DNA of 64,000 nucleotides from a virus: IMG/VR virus record IMGVR_UViG_3300045988_050655; one strand, 5' to 3'. Shown piece by piece: positions 63,163 to 64,000 of this stretch (position 1 is its first letter; each line of letters starts with the position of its first letter). The notes under the pieces were generated by a model. It saw only the letters and a program-made list of their open reading frames with translations, ran no database searches and was not told where the DNA came from. The position numbers and the translations under genes were made by a program.

Positions 63163-63455
63163 TTCTTATTCTCCTTTGCCTTTTTAAGATAAAATGTTCT
63201 CCAATCTTCAAAAGTCCAATCTCTTGTATCATGAGTAAGATTGAAAACTTCCGTATCTTTCTCTAACTGGAGTAATAGCCAAGCATAATCTTCATATCGC
63301 TGTTTTAGCAATCTCTTGCGACACAATCTTACATGCTTATATAACTTATAATCAGCGGTTGCAGCATCAAAGATTATTTTACCTACTATTGCTAATAGAT
63401 AAGCAGATATAACCCCTAATGCAATCCAACCTAATATTGTTATTACTAAGTCCAT
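63159..63455 (-). CDS. membrane-anchored hypothetical protein (98 aa)
   Basis: N-terminal 'VITILGWIALGVISAYLLAIVG'. Confidence 0.5.
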   Translation of the reverse strand: MDLVITILGWIALGVISAYLLAIVGKIIFDAATADYKLYKHVRLCRKRLLKQRYEDYAWLLLQLEKDTEVFNLTHDTRDWTFEDWRTFYLKKAKENKK

Positions 63456-63503
63456 ATTTTCTTCTTTTTACCCTCTCCCTGTTGCCAAGGAGAGGGTGGT
63501 TAG

Positions 63504-64000
63504 TTACTCATTAACTTCAACAAACTTTCCGTTTTTAAGTTGATACCAAGTATCAGCCTTGATATTCTCTCCATCAACGTACTCAGTCTTAACACATACT
63601 GGAACATCACGTTTCTTTTCATCGCTCCATTTCCATTCTGCCAGAGTTATCCATGAGCCTACCTTTGCTTTCGCTATTGAACTGTTGCCAGCACACATGA
63701 TAACGGAATCTTCTCCAGTGCTATTAATCTGAGCAGAGTCGCCCGATGAGCCAATCTGAGCAGAGTCGCCCGATGAGCCAATCTGAGCAGAGTAGCCCGA
63801 TGAGCCAATCTTAGCAGAGTCGCCCGATGAGCCAATCTTAGCAGAGTCGCCCGATGAGCCAATCTGAGCAGAGTAGCCCGATGAGCCAATCTTAGCAGAG
63901 TCGCCCGATGAGCCAATCTTAGCAGAGTCGCCCGATGAGCCAATCTGAGCAGAGTAGCCCGATGAGCCAATCTTAGCAGAGTCGCCCGATGAGCCAATCT
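63504..64000 (-). CDS. partial gene (5' end beyond window): nonapeptide-repeat protein (IGSSGDSAK/IGSSGYSAQ) with conserved C-terminal domain
   Basis: The frame of the 63504-63698 ORF stays open upstream through the repeat and reads ...IGSSGDSAQIGSSGDSAQINSTGEDSVIMCAGNSSIAKAKVGSWITLAEWKW...VDGENIKADTWYQLKNGKFVEVNE. Confidence 0.7.
   Translation of the reverse strand, partial: IGSSGDSAKIGSSGYSAQIGSSGDSAKIGSSGDSAKIGSSGYSAQIGSSGDSAKIGSSGDSAKIGSSGYSAQIGSSGDSAQIGSSGDSAQINSTGEDSVIMCAGNSSIAKAKVGSWITLAEWKWSDEKKRDVPVCVKTEYVDGENIKADTWYQLKNGKFVEVNE
63729..64000. repeat. 10 tandem copies of a 27-nt unit (CTGAGCAGAGTCGCCCGATGAGCCAAT), truncated by the window edge
   Basis: Only two positions vary (G/T at unit position 3, C/A at position 12). 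A higher-order 81-nt pattern is present. Confidence 0.95.

Larger units (their letters stand above)
1..64000. mobile_element. temperate Bacteroidota phage genome segment (window is entirely phage)
   Basis: Integrase, CI/Cro-like switch, antirepressor, terminase, portal, capsid, tail fibre and lysis cassette are all present. No host housekeeping genes. Bacteroides-type TAnnTTTG promoter boxes. Confidence 0.85.

Noticed and set aside
63674-63997. 107-aa ORF from the track reading (AHRATLLRL)n across the 27-nt repeats
   Set aside because: It is one of three open frames over a perfect repeat. The frame that is continuous with the conserved C-terminal domain (63504-63698) reads SSGDSAQIG, so that frame is taken as the real one.
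63729-64000. CRISPR array
   Set aside because: The repeats are directly tandem with no spacers, have a period of 27 nt (a multiple of 3), and lie inside an open reading frame.

Overview
The whole 64-kb window is phage DNA. It looks like a temperate tailed phage of a Bacteroidota host. Evidence for the host: TAnnTTTG -7 promoter boxes sit in most intergenic gaps, the integrase is a Bacteroides-type tyrosine recombinase, and the repressor has a Phage_CI_repr-like HTH. The phage appears unintegrated, because the integrase lies between phage genes and I see no host genes.

Layout:
- 1-6471 (-): early/recombination module with a disrupted C5 methyltransferase, VRR-NUC nuclease, DUF3127 SSB-like protein, PD-(D/E)XK exonuclease and Rad52-like annealase.
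- 6472-7555: non-coding, with one tRNA(CAT).
- 7556-13228: lysogeny module with an excisionase-like HTH, Rha/KilAC antirepressor, Cro-like and CI-like regulators, four small membrane/secreted proteins and the integrase.
- 13229-13887: repeat-rich non-coding region (candidate ori or attP).
- 13888-16704 (+): early genes, including RNase HI and an HNH endonuclease.
- 17286-37789 (+): virion-internal genes, dominated by a 4,641-aa polyvalent protein.
- 37866-47462 (-): LRR protein, 1,277-aa tail fibre with a CotH-like C-terminus, TerL and a minimal rhomboid protease.
- 47595-56494 (+): scaffold-like protein, capsid, portal, and a holin / GH19 endolysin / u-spanin cassette.
- 56588-64000 (-): tail proteins and small genes, ending in a partial gene built from 27-nt tandem repeats.

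Main second-look items:
1. The giant protein fuses a zincin protease, a C5 methyltransferase and an ART-like module.
2. Its modules are separated by seven copies of a [KRS]-F-S-[LI]-[KR] pentapeptide.
3. The element AACGGATAAAR-N22-TAnnTTTG occurs six times, always in front of structural or lysis operons.
4. A stand-alone multispecific-type C5 methyltransferase gene is broken by one in-frame TGA and two -1 frame changes.
5. A 159-aa rhomboid protease is encoded next to terminase.
6. Two early operons carry promoter-proximal terminators.

All family assignments come from reading motifs by eye. No database search was run.
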